Source of the DNA: Thermoplasmata archaeon | GTDB taxonomy: Archaea; Thermoplasmatota; Thermoplasmata; Lutacidiplasmatales; UBA184 | DNA: 64,000 nt | NCBI GenBank assembly: GCA_028864975.1 | Contig: JAGWLG010000012.1 | Location: 5,986 to 69,985, forward strand | Direction of reading: 5' to 3' | Part shown: positions 42,760 to 51,277 of the stretch, one piece after another | Layout: every line of letters begins with the position of its first letter | Position numbering within the stretch: the first letter of the stretch is position 1 | Translations under genes and position numbers: made by a program | Notes under the pieces: generated by a model | What the model was told of the DNA's origin: nothing | Database searches by the model: none | Seen by the model: only the letters and a program-made list of their open reading frames with translations

Positions 42760-43473
42760 TCATCCCGGGGTCCCGAAGAGCTCCTTCCATGCCCCGACGA
42801 CCCTCGGGACGACCTCGGAGCGGGCCACGGGCCGCTTGAGCTCGCGCTCCATCGAGGTCATGATCCTCCCTTCGAACCCGCAGGGATGGAAGCGCTCGAA
42901 GAAGCGAAGGTCGGTCGAGATGTTGAGGGCGAAGCCGTGGAAGGTGACCCACTCCTCGACCGCCACCCCCACGGAGGCGATCTTCCGCTCCCCCGCGACC
43001 CAAACGCCCCGCTTTCCCGCGACGCGGGAGGCCGCGATCCCGTAAGGAAGGATGGCGCGAGCGACCATCTCCTCCAGCTCGTGAACGAACCGTCGCACGT
43101 CCCTCCCCCGAGGGGTCAGGTCGACGATGGGATAGCCGACGAGCTGGCCGGGGCCGTGGAAGGTGGACTTCCCCCCCCGTTCGATATGGTAGACCGGAAG
43201 GTCCTCGGGAAGGACGTCCCCGTCCGACCCCTGGACCCCCACGGTGATGACCGGTTCATGCTCGACCAGCAACAGCGTGTCCCCGATGTTGCCCGCACGC
43301 CGGGATCGTCGAAGCTCCCGCATCAGGTCCCAGACCTCCTGGTAGGGTCGGTGGCCCAGGTCCCTCACTTCGGGTAGGGGGGACGGGGAGGGGAGGGAGT
43401 GGGGAACGCACCGGGAGGGTGATGGAAGGGGTCTGGGGGAGGGGGCGCTCCCCCCTTCGCTATCGGCGACCAT
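42760..43473 (-). CDS. lipB: Octanoyl/lipoyl transferase LipB
   Basis: 237 aa: LLLVEHEPVITVG..VYHIERGGKSTFHGPGQLVGYPIVDL..GERKIASVGVAV..VTFHGFALNI. These are the LipB hallmark motifs, including the catalytic Lys context K-I-A-S-V-G. The N-terminal ~40 aa are Pro/Ser-rich. Its start overlaps the lpdA stop by 14 nt. Confidence 0.85.
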   Translation of the reverse strand: MVADSEGGSAPSPRPLPSPSRCVPHSLPSPSPLPEVRDLGHRPYQEVWDLMRELRRSRRAGNIGDTLLLVEHEPVITVGVQGSDGDVLPEDLPVYHIERGGKSTFHGPGQLVGYPIVDLTPRGRDVRRFVHELEEMVARAILPYGIAASRVAGKRGVWVAGERKIASVGVAVEEWVTFHGFALNISTDLRFFERFHPCGFEGRIMTSMERELKRPVARSEVVPRVVGAWKELFGTPG

Positions 43474-44896
43474 GGGCCGAGGGGGGGAGGGCGACGTGCA
43501 TCGGTTCGCCCAGCCAGAGCATCGCGACCTCCTGCAAGAGCTCCGCGAAGGTGGGATGGGGATGGATGGTGCCCGCGAGGTCCCTCACGGTCGCTCCCAT
43601 CTCGATGGCGAAGGCGACTTCGCTCACGAACTCCCCCGACACGTGTCCCGCCGCGTGGGCTCCGAGCACGAGCCCGGATCCCTCCTCCGCGAGCAGCTTC
43701 ACGAACCCCTGGGTGGCGTGGCTCGCGTGGGCCCTGCCCAGGGCCGCGTACGGGAACTTCACCTCCCGTGCCGTGAGGCCTTGCTCCCGTGCTTGGGGGA
43801 GCGTGAGCCCGACCGTCGCCAGTTCCGGGTCCGTGTAGACGACCGACGGCACGGCCTGGTGGCTCCAACTGGAAGGGGATCCTGCGATCACTTCGGCGGC
43901 CACGCGTCCCTCTCGGTAGGCCTTGTGAGCCACCATCGGGGGGCGGGCCAGGTCCCCGACGGCATAGATCCCCGGGACGTTCGTCGCCATACGGTCGTCG
44001 ACCGCGACGAAACCTCCGCGCTCAGCGAGCTTGACGCCGGCGGTCTCGAGCCCCAGGCCGCGGGTCTCGGGGCGTTTGCCCACCGTAAGGAAGAGGAGGT
44101 CGCCTTCCAAGGACGCCGGGCCTTGAGGGGTCTTGGCGTGGAGCACGATGCCGTTCTCCTTGCGCTCGAGGGACTCGGCGCGGGATTCCGTGTGGACGAC
44201 CACCCCTCTTCGCTCGAGCGATCTCCGCAGCTCCTGGGAGAGGTCGGCGTCCAGACCCGGCACGAGCTGAGGCATCATCTCCACGACGACGACCTGGCTC
44301 CCCAGCCTGGCGTAGTGCTCTCCTAGTTCGACCCCGCTCACACCGCCTCCGAGGACGACCAGCCTCGACGGCACCGCTTGAAGCAGGAGAAGGTCCTTGG
44401 CGGTCAGCACGCGCTTGCCGTCCGGCTCGAACCCGGGGAGGCTCAAGTGGTAGGCCCCGGTGGCGAGGATGCAGGCCTGGAAGGTGACCTCCTCCCGGCC
44501 CCCCGGAAGCTCCTTGCCCTCGAGGAGGGCGCTGTTCGGTCCCGTGAGGCGTCCGGTCGCGCGCACCCAGCTCGCTCCGGCTGCGCGGAGGAGGGTCTCG
44601 ATGCCCTTGCGCTCCTTTTCCAGGATCGACTCGCGCCAACGCTGCGTCGCGGGGAGGTCCAGCGTGGGCGCGGGGGCCGCGAGCCCCATCTCGGCCCCCG
44701 AGCGACGGACCTCGTCGTAGAGCTCGGAGGTGTGGATCAGCGCTTTCGAAGGGATGCAGCCACGGTTGAGGCACTCTCCCCCTAGCTCTTCCTTTTCCAC
44801 GAGGAAGGGCTTCCGCCCGAGCTGCCCTAGTCGGAGCGCGGCGACGTAGCCCCCCGGACCGCCGCCCAAGATCAGAACGTCCACCTCGCGGGTCAC
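43460..44896 (-). CDS. lpdA: Dihydrolipoamide dehydrogenase (E3)
   Basis: This is the 478-aa C-terminal part of ORF 43460..45910, from the GTG at 44896 (VTREVDVLILGGGPGGYVAALRLGQLG). The redox-active disulfide is GGECLNRGCIPSKAL. The second dinucleotide fold is LVVLGGGVSGVELG, and the C-terminal motif is HPHPTFAE. The GTG overlaps the stop of the upstream E1-alpha (GTGA). Confidence 0.9.
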   Translation of the reverse strand: MTREVDVLILGGGPGGYVAALRLGQLGRKPFLVEKEELGGECLNRGCIPSKALIHTSELYDEVRRSGAEMGLAAPAPTLDLPATQRWRESILEKERKGIETLLRAAGASWVRATGRLTGPNSALLEGKELPGGREEVTFQACILATGAYHLSLPGFEPDGKRVLTAKDLLLLQAVPSRLVVLGGGVSGVELGEHYARLGSQVVVVEMMPQLVPGLDADLSQELRRSLERRGVVVHTESRAESLERKENGIVLHAKTPQGPASLEGDLLFLTVGKRPETRGLGLETAGVKLAERGGFVAVDDRMATNVPGIYAVGDLARPPMVAHKAYREGRVAAEVIAGSPSSWSHQAVPSVVYTDPELATVGLTLPQAREQGLTAREVKFPYAALGRAHASHATQGFVKLLAEEGSGLVLGAHAAGHVSGEFVSEVAFAIEMGATVRDLAGTIHPHPTFAELLQEVAMLWLGEPMHVALPPSAHGRR

Positions 44897-46044
44897 GGGA
44901 AGTTCCCTCCTTGCTCCTTGTCGAAGCTGTCCCGTTCCTCGGTCAGCGGCCAGGCGGGAACCTTCAAGGTGTCCTCGAAGAGCGAGTCGGTCCTGGGCGG
45001 AGGCATGACCTCCGCCTCCTGGATGGCCGTGCGGACCTTGGCGTCGAGGTCGGCGCGCAGGGCTTCGCGCTCCGAAGCCGGGAAGACGCCCAGCTTCTCG
45101 AGCATGGCCTCGAAACGCCCGAGGGGATCGTAGGCCTTGGCCTTCTCCATCCATCCCTTCGGCTGGTAGCGGGAGGGGTCGTCGGACGAGGAGTGAGGGG
45201 TGAGCCGGTAGAGGACCGATTCGATCAGCTCCGGACCCGCCCCAGAGAGCACGCGGGCCCTCGCCGCGGAAAGCGTCGTGAACACCTCGACCACGTCGGT
45301 GCCGTCGATGCGGCGGCCCGGGAACCCATACCCGTCCGCCTTGGTCGCGAAGGAGGGCGCGGCGGTCTGCTTCTCGTTCGGGACGCTGATCGCCCACTGG
45401 TTGTTCGTGCAGACGAAGAGGACCGGGAGTTTCCAGACCCCCGCGAAGTTCATCCCGGAGTGGAAGTCGTTGGCCGAGGTCGCGCCGTCGCCGAAGAAGG
45501 CCCAGGAGACGGCCGGCTCCTTCCGAAGCTGGATCCCGTACGCCGTCCCCACGGCATGGATGATCTGCGTGCCGATCGTGCTCGACATGGAAGCGTATCG
45601 GACCTCGCGCGCCGAAGGGTGGCAGGGCATCTGGCGACCGCGTGCCGTGTCGAGGTCGTTCCCGAACAGATGGTGGGCGTAGAGGGTCAGGTCGAGCCCT
45701 CGCAGGAGCGCAATGAGCTGCTCGCGCAATCCAGGGAATACCCAGTCCTGGCCGGACATGCACATCGCGGCCCCGACGCTCGTGGCCTCTTGTCCGGTCG
45801 CGGGACCGTAGAACCCCACGCGCCCCTGACGTTGCAGCCCGAGCATCCGGGTGTCCAGTACGCGGCCCAGGAGCATCCCGCGGTACATCTGGTGCAGCCG
45901 CTCTTCCCACGGAGGTCCAAGGCGGTCGCTGAGCTCCTTCTTCCCATACGGCAGAGGGACGATCTCTAGAGGAGGGACGGCGGGAACCCGCGGTGCTCCG
46001 TCAGCGGGAGACGCGGTGGGGGCGGAGGGCTCGGCCGGGGGCAT
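44893..46044 (-). CDS. 2-oxoacid dehydrogenase E1 alpha subunit, second paralog (located between E2 and E3)
   Basis: 383 aa: MYRGMLLGRVLDTRMLGLQRQGRVGFYGPATGQEATSVGAAM .. FFGDGATSANDFHSGMNFAGVWKLPVLFVCTNNQWAIS (intact TPP GDG..NN motif) .. YRLTPHSSSDDPSRY. Confidence 0.88.
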   Translation of the reverse strand: MPPAEPSAPTASPADGAPRVPAVPPLEIVPLPYGKKELSDRLGPPWEERLHQMYRGMLLGRVLDTRMLGLQRQGRVGFYGPATGQEATSVGAAMCMSGQDWVFPGLREQLIALLRGLDLTLYAHHLFGNDLDTARGRQMPCHPSAREVRYASMSSTIGTQIIHAVGTAYGIQLRKEPAVSWAFFGDGATSANDFHSGMNFAGVWKLPVLFVCTNNQWAISVPNEKQTAAPSFATKADGYGFPGRRIDGTDVVEVFTTLSAARARVLSGAGPELIESVLYRLTPHSSSDDPSRYQPKGWMEKAKAYDPLGRFEAMLEKLGVFPASEREALRADLDAKVRTAIQEAEVMPPPRTDSLFEDTLKVPAWPLTEERDSFDKEQGGNFP

Positions 46045-46056
46045 CGAGCAGGACCC

Positions 46057-47433
46057 CTAGGCCATCTCCAGGAAGAGCTGGTGAGGGTCCTCCAGGTGGC
46101 TTTTCACCACCGCGAGGAACTCCGCGCCCGTGATCCCGTCCAGGACACGGTGGTCCAGCGTGACCGAGAGGTTCATCAGGTGCGCCGGGACGATGGAGCC
46201 GTCCGCGGCGTACACCGGGCGCTTCGAGATCTTGTGGACCCCGAGGATCGCGACCTCGGGATAGTTCAGGATAGGGGTCGCGAGCACGCCCCCCAAGGCC
46301 CCCAGGCTCGTGATCGAGAACGTGCTCCCCGAGAGCTCCTCCCGCAAGAGCTTCCCGGCCTTGCCGCGCTCGGAGAGGTCCTGGATCTCCCGGGCCAGTG
46401 CCGTGATGCTCTTTCGGTCCGCATCGCGGACCACAGGAACGATGAGGCCGTCGGGGGCCGCCGCGGCGATGCCCATGTTGTAGTACTTGCAGAGGACGAT
46501 CTCTTGTTTGGCGTCGTCGACGTAGGCGTTCATCGAGGGGTGCGCCTTGAGCCCCTGGACCACCGCCTTGACGATGAACGGCAGGTAGGAGAGCTGGACG
46601 CCCTTCTCCTCGAGCCGCTTCTTCGACTTCTCGCGGACGCGGACGAGCTCGCTGACGTCCACCTCCTCGACGTAGGTGAAGTTCGCGGCCCGGGCGTGCG
46701 AGATGGCCATGTGCTCGGCGATCACGCGGCGGAGCCCTCGGATCTGCACGCGGGTCTGGAGCGGACCCGGGGCGGCGGGAATGGCGACGGGGGCGGGAGC
46801 CGGAGCCGAGGGGATCGGCACATCGACCCGGGAGGGAGGCGCGTGAGACGATGGGGAGGTCGCGGGGACCGCGACGGCGGAGGCCGAAGCCGAAGCCCCC
46901 ACCGATCCGCCCTTTGCAAACGCGTCAAGGTCCGTGTCGGTGACCCTGCCTTGAGGGCCGGTCCCGCGCACCTGAGAGAGATCGATCCTCAACTGTGCCG
47001 CTCGGTGGCGGACGGCGGGGGATGCCAGGACCCGTCCGCCGGCGGAGGATACGCCCTGCGCTGGGGCCGTAGAAGGCGAGATGGGAGGCGAAGGGGAACT
47101 GGCGGCGGAGGGGGAGGCGGCGACCGCCCCACCGGCCCCGTGACCGTGGGAGGGGGCCGCCACGGGCGGCGCCGATCCTCCGCCGCCCGCCTCTTCGATG
47201 GAGACGAGAAGACCCCCCACCTTCACCACTTCACCCTCCTTAGCGTGGAGCGAGAGGACCCTCCCCGTGCGAGGAGAGGGGATCTCGACGTTCGCCTTGT
47301 CGGTGAGGACGCTGACGAGAGGTTGGTCCTCCTTGACGGAGTCGCCCGCCTTGACGTGCCACGCGACGACCTCCCCTTCGGCGACCCCCTCACCGATGTC
47401 GGGGAGACGGAACTCGAAGACCATCGTGGCCAC
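46057..47433 (-). CDS. Dihydrolipoamide acyltransferase (E2)
   Basis: 458 aa with a GTG start. The lipoyl domain is PDIGEGVAEGEVVAWHVKAGDSVKEDQPLVSVLTDKANVEIPS. An Ala/Pro linker leads to the E3/E1-binding domain ASPAVRHRAAQLRIDLSQVRGTGPQGRVT. The catalytic domain carries SVTLDHRVLDG. Confidence 0.92.
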   Translation of the reverse strand: MATMVFEFRLPDIGEGVAEGEVVAWHVKAGDSVKEDQPLVSVLTDKANVEIPSPRTGRVLSLHAKEGEVVKVGGLLVSIEEAGGGGSAPPVAAPSHGHGAGGAVAASPSAASSPSPPISPSTAPAQGVSSAGGRVLASPAVRHRAAQLRIDLSQVRGTGPQGRVTDTDLDAFAKGGSVGASASASAVAVPATSPSSHAPPSRVDVPIPSAPAPAPVAIPAAPGPLQTRVQIRGLRRVIAEHMAISHARAANFTYVEEVDVSELVRVREKSKKRLEEKGVQLSYLPFIVKAVVQGLKAHPSMNAYVDDAKQEIVLCKYYNMGIAAAAPDGLIVPVVRDADRKSITALAREIQDLSERGKAGKLLREELSGSTFSITSLGALGGVLATPILNYPEVAILGVHKISKRPVYAADGSIVPAHLMNLSVTLDHRVLDGITGAEFLAVVKSHLEDPHQLFLEMA

Positions 47434-47448
47434 CCCTCCGGACCCGTC

Positions 47449-48426
47449 CTACCCCGCCGCCACGGTGCGCTGGATCGCGCGCCCGATGCGGTCCACGCTC
47501 GGCAGGTACAGGTTCTCCAACGTGTAGGGGAACGGGGTGTCGTACCCCGTGACCCGCACGATCGGGGCCTTGAGGGAGTAGAGGGCCTTCTCGGCGAGGA
47601 TCGCGGCGAGCTCCGCACCGAAACCGCAGAACTTGGGCGCTTCGTGAACGATCACGGCCCTTCCGGTCTTCTCGACGGACCGGACCACCGCGTCCACATC
47701 GAGCGGGACGAGCGTCCTAAGGTCGACGAGCTCGGCATGGATACCGGTCTTCTCGAGCACCTGACGGGCCTGGAACGCGGTCGGGACCATCGATCCGTAG
47801 GCGAAGACGCTCACGTCGCTCCCTTCGCGCACGATGCGGGCCTTGCCGAATGGCACGCGGTGGTCCCCTTCGGGGACCTCCCCGGTCGCCGTGCGGTAGA
47901 TCCGTTTCGGTTCCATGAAGAGGACCGGGTCCTCGTCGAAGATGGCGGTGAGCAGAAGCCCTTTCGCGTCCGCAGGGGTGGAAGGGACGACCACCTTGAT
48001 CCCGGGCGTGCTCGCGAAGAGCTGTTCGGTGCTCTGGGAATGGTAGAGTCCCCCCCGGATCCCTCCTCCGTAGGGCGTACGGATGACCACGTGGGCAGGG
48101 AACTGTCCCCCCGACCGGTAGCGGAACTTGGTGAGCTCGCTCACGATCTGATCGAAGGCGGGGTAGATGAAGTCCAGGAACTGGATCTCGGCCACGGGCT
48201 TGAGCCCGTAGAGGGCCATCCCGACGGCCATCCCCACGATGCCGCTCTCGTTGAGCGGAGTGTCGAGGACGCGGGACTCTCCGAACTCCTTTTGAAGGCC
48301 CTCCGTGGCACGGAAGACCCCGCCGTTCACCCCGATGTCCTCGCCCAGGCACAGGACGTCCGGGTCGACCTTCATCGCATGGTGCAGCGCCTTGTTCACG
48401 GCTTGGATCAACGTGGCTTCGGTCAT
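47449..48426 (-). CDS. 2-oxoacid dehydrogenase E1 beta subunit
   Basis: This is the 325-aa C-terminal part of ORF 47449..50163, from the ATG at 48426 (MTEATLIQAVNKALHHAM..CLGEDIGVNGGVFRATEGLQKEFGESRVLDTPLNESGIVG). Its ATG overlaps the E1-alpha stop (ATGA). Confidence 0.92.
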   Translation of the reverse strand: MTEATLIQAVNKALHHAMKVDPDVLCLGEDIGVNGGVFRATEGLQKEFGESRVLDTPLNESGIVGMAVGMALYGLKPVAEIQFLDFIYPAFDQIVSELTKFRYRSGGQFPAHVVIRTPYGGGIRGGLYHSQSTEQLFASTPGIKVVVPSTPADAKGLLLTAIFDEDPVLFMEPKRIYRTATGEVPEGDHRVPFGKARIVREGSDVSVFAYGSMVPTAFQARQVLEKTGIHAELVDLRTLVPLDVDAVVRSVEKTGRAVIVHEAPKFCGFGAELAAILAEKALYSLKAPIVRVTGYDTPFPYTLENLYLPSVDRIGRAIQRTVAAG

Positions 48427-49496
48427 GGTCGGATCACGCCCTCCCGGAGAAGTTCCTCGAACTCCTTGCGTTCTTCCTCGAGGTTCGGGGAAAGGCTTGC
48501 CCAGACATCGTCGAAGAGGGAGGTCGCCGCGGGGGGCCCCATCTTCTCCACCTCCTGGACCTCCTTCTGGACCATCGAACGGAGCTCTTCCTGGAGCGAT
48601 TCGAACTGGGCCTCGCTGAAGACCCCGCGGGCCAGGAGCTCGGACTTGAGCCGCTCGATCGGGTCCCGGGCCTTCCACGTGGCCAGCTCCTGAGGAGTTC
48701 GGTAGCGTCGGGGATCGTCGGAAGTGGAGTGCGGGCCCATGCGGTAGGTGACCGCTTCGATGAGCGTGGGCCCTTCTCCCGCCACGGCCCGAGCTCGGGC
48801 CTCTTTGACTGCGCGGTAGACGGCGTGGAAGTCGTTCCCGTCGACCTGCACGCCCGGGAACCCGTAGGCGTTCGCCTTGATCGCCAGCGTCGAGCTGTGG
48901 GTCTGCTTCTCCCGAGGGAGGGAGATGGCCCACTGGTTGTTCTGGCAGAAGAAGACCACGGGGGCCTTGTAGACCCCGGCGAAGTTCATCCCTGAATGGA
49001 AGTCGTTCGACGAGGTCGCCCCATCGCCGAAGAAGGGGACCGCAACGACCTTCTCGCCCTTGTATCGGGAAGCATACGCAAGCCCGACGGCATGAATGAT
49101 CTGGGTGCCGATCGGGCTCGAGGCGCTGAGGAACCGGTGCTGTCGAAACCCGTAGTGGTTCGGCATCTGGCGTCCCTTCGAGAGGTCTGCGCTGTTCCCA
49201 TAGAGCTGGTTCAAGATGTCGCGCAGCGGGACGCCCCGGGTGAGCGCGACCGCGAGCTCGCGGTAGGCCGGGCAGACCCAGTCCCCAGGTTGCAGGGCCC
49301 AAGCACACCCGACCTGAGCAGCTTCCTGCCCTTCGAGAGGCACGTAGAAGCCGAGCCGGCCTTGGCGCTGCAGGTTCATGCATCGCTCGTCGACCGCACG
49401 GGCGAGGGCCATGGTGCGAAGGACCTTCAGGAGGTCCGGGTCCGGCAGCGAGGGTTCCGGTAGGTCGGTCGTGGTTCGGGAAGCCGCCGCGCTCAC
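48423..49496 (-). CDS. 2-oxoacid dehydrogenase E1 alpha subunit, first paralog (operon-leading)
   Basis: 357 aa with a GTG start: LRTMALARAVDERCMNLQRQGRLGFYVPLEGQEAAQVG .. FFGDGATSSNDFHSGMNFAGVYKAPVVFFCQNNQWAIS .. YRMGPHSTSDDPRRY. Confidence 0.9.
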   Translation of the reverse strand: MSAAASRTTTDLPEPSLPDPDLLKVLRTMALARAVDERCMNLQRQGRLGFYVPLEGQEAAQVGCAWALQPGDWVCPAYRELAVALTRGVPLRDILNQLYGNSADLSKGRQMPNHYGFRQHRFLSASSPIGTQIIHAVGLAYASRYKGEKVVAVPFFGDGATSSNDFHSGMNFAGVYKAPVVFFCQNNQWAISLPREKQTHSSTLAIKANAYGFPGVQVDGNDFHAVYRAVKEARARAVAGEGPTLIEAVTYRMGPHSTSDDPRRYRTPQELATWKARDPIERLKSELLARGVFSEAQFESLQEELRSMVQKEVQEVEKMGPPAATSLFDDVWASLSPNLEEERKEFEELLREGVIRP

Positions 49497-49531
49497 GTGG
49501 GTCGTGCCTCTTCCTTCGGACAGGGGTGCCG

Positions 49532-49538
49532 TTAAAAT
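49532..49538 (-). promoter_or_regulatory. TATA-like box upstream of the 2-oxoacid dehydrogenase operon
   Basis: The plus strand reads ttaaaat, so the minus strand reads ATTTTAA. It lies about 38 bp upstream of the GTG at 49496 and is the only A/T heptamer in the spacer. Confidence 0.35.
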
Positions 49539-49662
49539 GGGTTGCGCGCGGCCGGCGGACTTTGTGTCGGAACAGGGTCGCTTCGGGGGGACAGGGGCCC
49601 CTTCTCGTCGCGAGGGGGCACATCGCGAGGTTCATCCACCCCCGGAACTTGCCGCCGGGAGC

Positions 49663-49848
49663 ATGGAGTCGGTCCCGGCCCATCGGCACTGCAAGGTCTG
49701 CGGCACGCCGACCCCCCCCGAGGATCCCTTCTGCTCTCCCGCCTGCACCGAGAAGCGGGCTTCCCAGGTCCGTCAGCAGCGCCTCTACACGCTGCTCTTC
49801 GCCGCTCTGACCATCTTCATCGTCCTCGCCCTGTTCGCGAGAGTGTAG
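49663..49848 (+). CDS. DUF2116-type zinc-ribbon protein with a C-terminal TM helix
   Basis: 61 aa: MESVPAHRHCKVCGTPTPPEDPFCSPACTEKRASQVRQQRLYTLLFAALTIFIVLALFARV. The pattern H-(R/K)-H-C-x2-C-G-x-P-x5-F-C-S-x2-C followed by a hydrophobic tail is typical of this small archaeal family. Confidence 0.6.
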   Translation: MESVPAHRHCKVCGTPTPPEDPFCSPACTEKRASQVRQQRLYTLLFAALTIFIVLALFARV

Positions 49849-49873
49849 ACCGGAACGGAGGAGGAGCGCGTCG

Positions 49874-50917
49874 GTGGGTCTACTCTCTCGGGCCGTTCTC
49901 GGCGGCACGTTCGACCGCCTGCATGTGGGCCATGAGGCCCTCCTCGCGGCGGCCTTCGACCACGCCAAAGAGGTCGGCATCGGCATCACGACCGAGGAGT
50001 TCTTCCGCGCCCCCGGCCGGCAAGCGAAATCGGGCGGGGTCCGCCCCTTCGACGAACGACGGAAGGAGCTCGAAACGTTCCTCGAACAACGCTTCCCCGG
50101 TCGCACTTGGTACCTCATCCCCTTGGTCGAGCGCTGGGGGGCCGCGCTCGAGCCCCAGACCAAGGCGCTGGTCGTGAGCGACGAGACCCTGCCCGTCGGG
50201 GAGCTCGCGAACCGGCTAAGGAAGCGCCACCGGGTCCCTGCCTTGACGCTGATCGTTCGTCACGCAGTCCTGGGAGAGGACCTGCTCCGAGTCTCCTCCA
50301 CCCGCGTTCGGGTAGGAAGGATCGACCGCACCGGAAGAAGGCTCCTCCCGATCCGGGTCGGCGTGGGCTCGACCAACTCGGTCAAGAAGGCGGGGGTCGA
50401 GGCGGCCTTCCGTGCGCTCTTCGAGCGGACCCCCGTGACCGTGGAAGGCGTCAGCCCTGGAGGCACCAATCCCCAGCCCTGGGGGCTCGAGGAGGGGTTC
50501 CAGGGCGCCCTACGTCGCGCCACGCTCGCCGTGAAAGGAGGACACGACTGGGGCGTGGGGGTCGAGGCGACGATCTTCCAACGTCGCAAGGGCGGACCGA
50601 TGTTCGATCTGCACTGTATCTGCGTTCTCGGCGCCGACGGAGCTCACCTGCAGAGCGCCTCGGCCGCGTACCCCATTCCCTCCAGCGTGGCGCGCGAGAT
50701 GCAGGGAAGGAGGACGCTCGAGGAGGCGGTCCGCAGGACCGGGGGGCCCCCGAAGGTCGGGCATACGACCGGAGGGGCATTGGCGTTCCTGACCGGGAAC
50801 GGGATATCGCGCGAGGAGGTCATCGCGAACGCGGTCCGTCTTGCGTTCGTGCCGCTGCTCGCTCGACGCGCCGAGCGGCTCCCCGACGTGGACGTGCTAC
50901 GCCCGCCGAGGGGCTGA
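49874..50917 (+). CDS. Fusion protein: archaeal-type phosphopantetheine adenylyltransferase (N-terminal half) plus DUF84/YjjX-type non-canonical purine NTP phosphatase (C-terminal half)
   Basis: 347 aa with a GTG start. The N-terminal half is AVLGGTFDRLHVGHEALL..ALVVSDETL..RVSSTRVRVGRIDRTG, the cytidylyltransferase HxGH and ISSTRIR-like motifs of archaeal PPAT. The C-terminal half is IRVGVGSTNSVKKAGVEAAF..PQPWGLEEGFQGALRRA..GVGVEA, the DUF84 pattern VGS-N-VK..AV..AF..QP.G..ET..GA..RA..G.G.E. Confidence 0.8.
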   Translation: MGLLSRAVLGGTFDRLHVGHEALLAAAFDHAKEVGIGITTEEFFRAPGRQAKSGGVRPFDERRKELETFLEQRFPGRTWYLIPLVERWGAALEPQTKALVVSDETLPVGELANRLRKRHRVPALTLIVRHAVLGEDLLRVSSTRVRVGRIDRTGRRLLPIRVGVGSTNSVKKAGVEAAFRALFERTPVTVEGVSPGGTNPQPWGLEEGFQGALRRATLAVKGGHDWGVGVEATIFQRRKGGPMFDLHCICVLGADGAHLQSASAAYPIPSSVAREMQGRRTLEEAVRRTGGPPKVGHTTGGALAFLTGNGISREEVIANAVRLAFVPLLARRAERLPDVDVLRPPRG

Positions 50918-51145
50918 GCGGTCGTAGGCCCACGCGGACCTCGAAAGCCACAGATCGTAGACCGCGACCGCGCTGAGCAGGGCGCCCACCAACAGAAGGA
51001 CCGCGCTCCCTCCGGCGGAGATGACCACCGTGCCATCCAGGAGGTCCACGATGGAGGCGAGGATCAGGATCAGGCCCACGAACAGGACCCACATCGCGGT
51101 CTCGCTCATCCGAACCAGACGCGGGACGACCTCCGTCGCGGTCAT
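50897..51145 (-). CDS. Small two-TM membrane protein
   Basis: This is the 82-aa tail of ORF 50897..51208, from the ATG at 51145: MTATEVVPRLVRMSETAMWVLFVGLILILASIVDLL..SAVLLLVGALLSAVAVYDLW. Its 3' end overlaps the convergent PPAT-fusion gene by 21 nt. Confidence 0.5.
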   Translation of the reverse strand: MTATEVVPRLVRMSETAMWVLFVGLILILASIVDLLDGTVVISAGGSAVLLLVGALLSAVAVYDLWLSRSAWAYDRSAPRRA

Positions 51146-51234
51146 GTTCTGGCCCCCACTTGTTGGAGGGAGCCGGCTGCAATGACGCCGGGGTCGACCT
51201 CCTTTCACGAGGCGTCCCCCGGTTCGGGGGCAAG

Positions 51235-51242
51235 GTATAAAC
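51235..51242 (+). promoter_or_regulatory. TATA box upstream of the 51278 small gene
   Basis: gtataaac sits in the context caaGGTATAAACtac, about 40 bp upstream of the GTG at 51278. It is the best-looking TATA element in the window. Confidence 0.5.
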
Positions 51243-51277
51243 TACGACCGGGGGTGGGGGGCGTAGAGGAGCCTTCC

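Noticed and set aside
44897-45910. The upstream part of the 816-aa ORF 43460..45910, and likewise the upstream part (48427..50163) of the 904-aa ORF 47449..50163.
   Set aside because: These are chimeric open frames. The C-terminal parts are lpdA and E1-beta. The upstream parts are alternative frames of the E1-alpha genes, which have clear motifs in their own frames.
46081-48693. The 870-aa plus-strand ORF.
   Set aside because: It is antisense to the E2 and E1-beta genes, with an Arg/Asp/Gly/His-rich nonsense translation. The minus-strand genes carry unambiguous lipoyl, DHRxxDG and E1-beta motifs.
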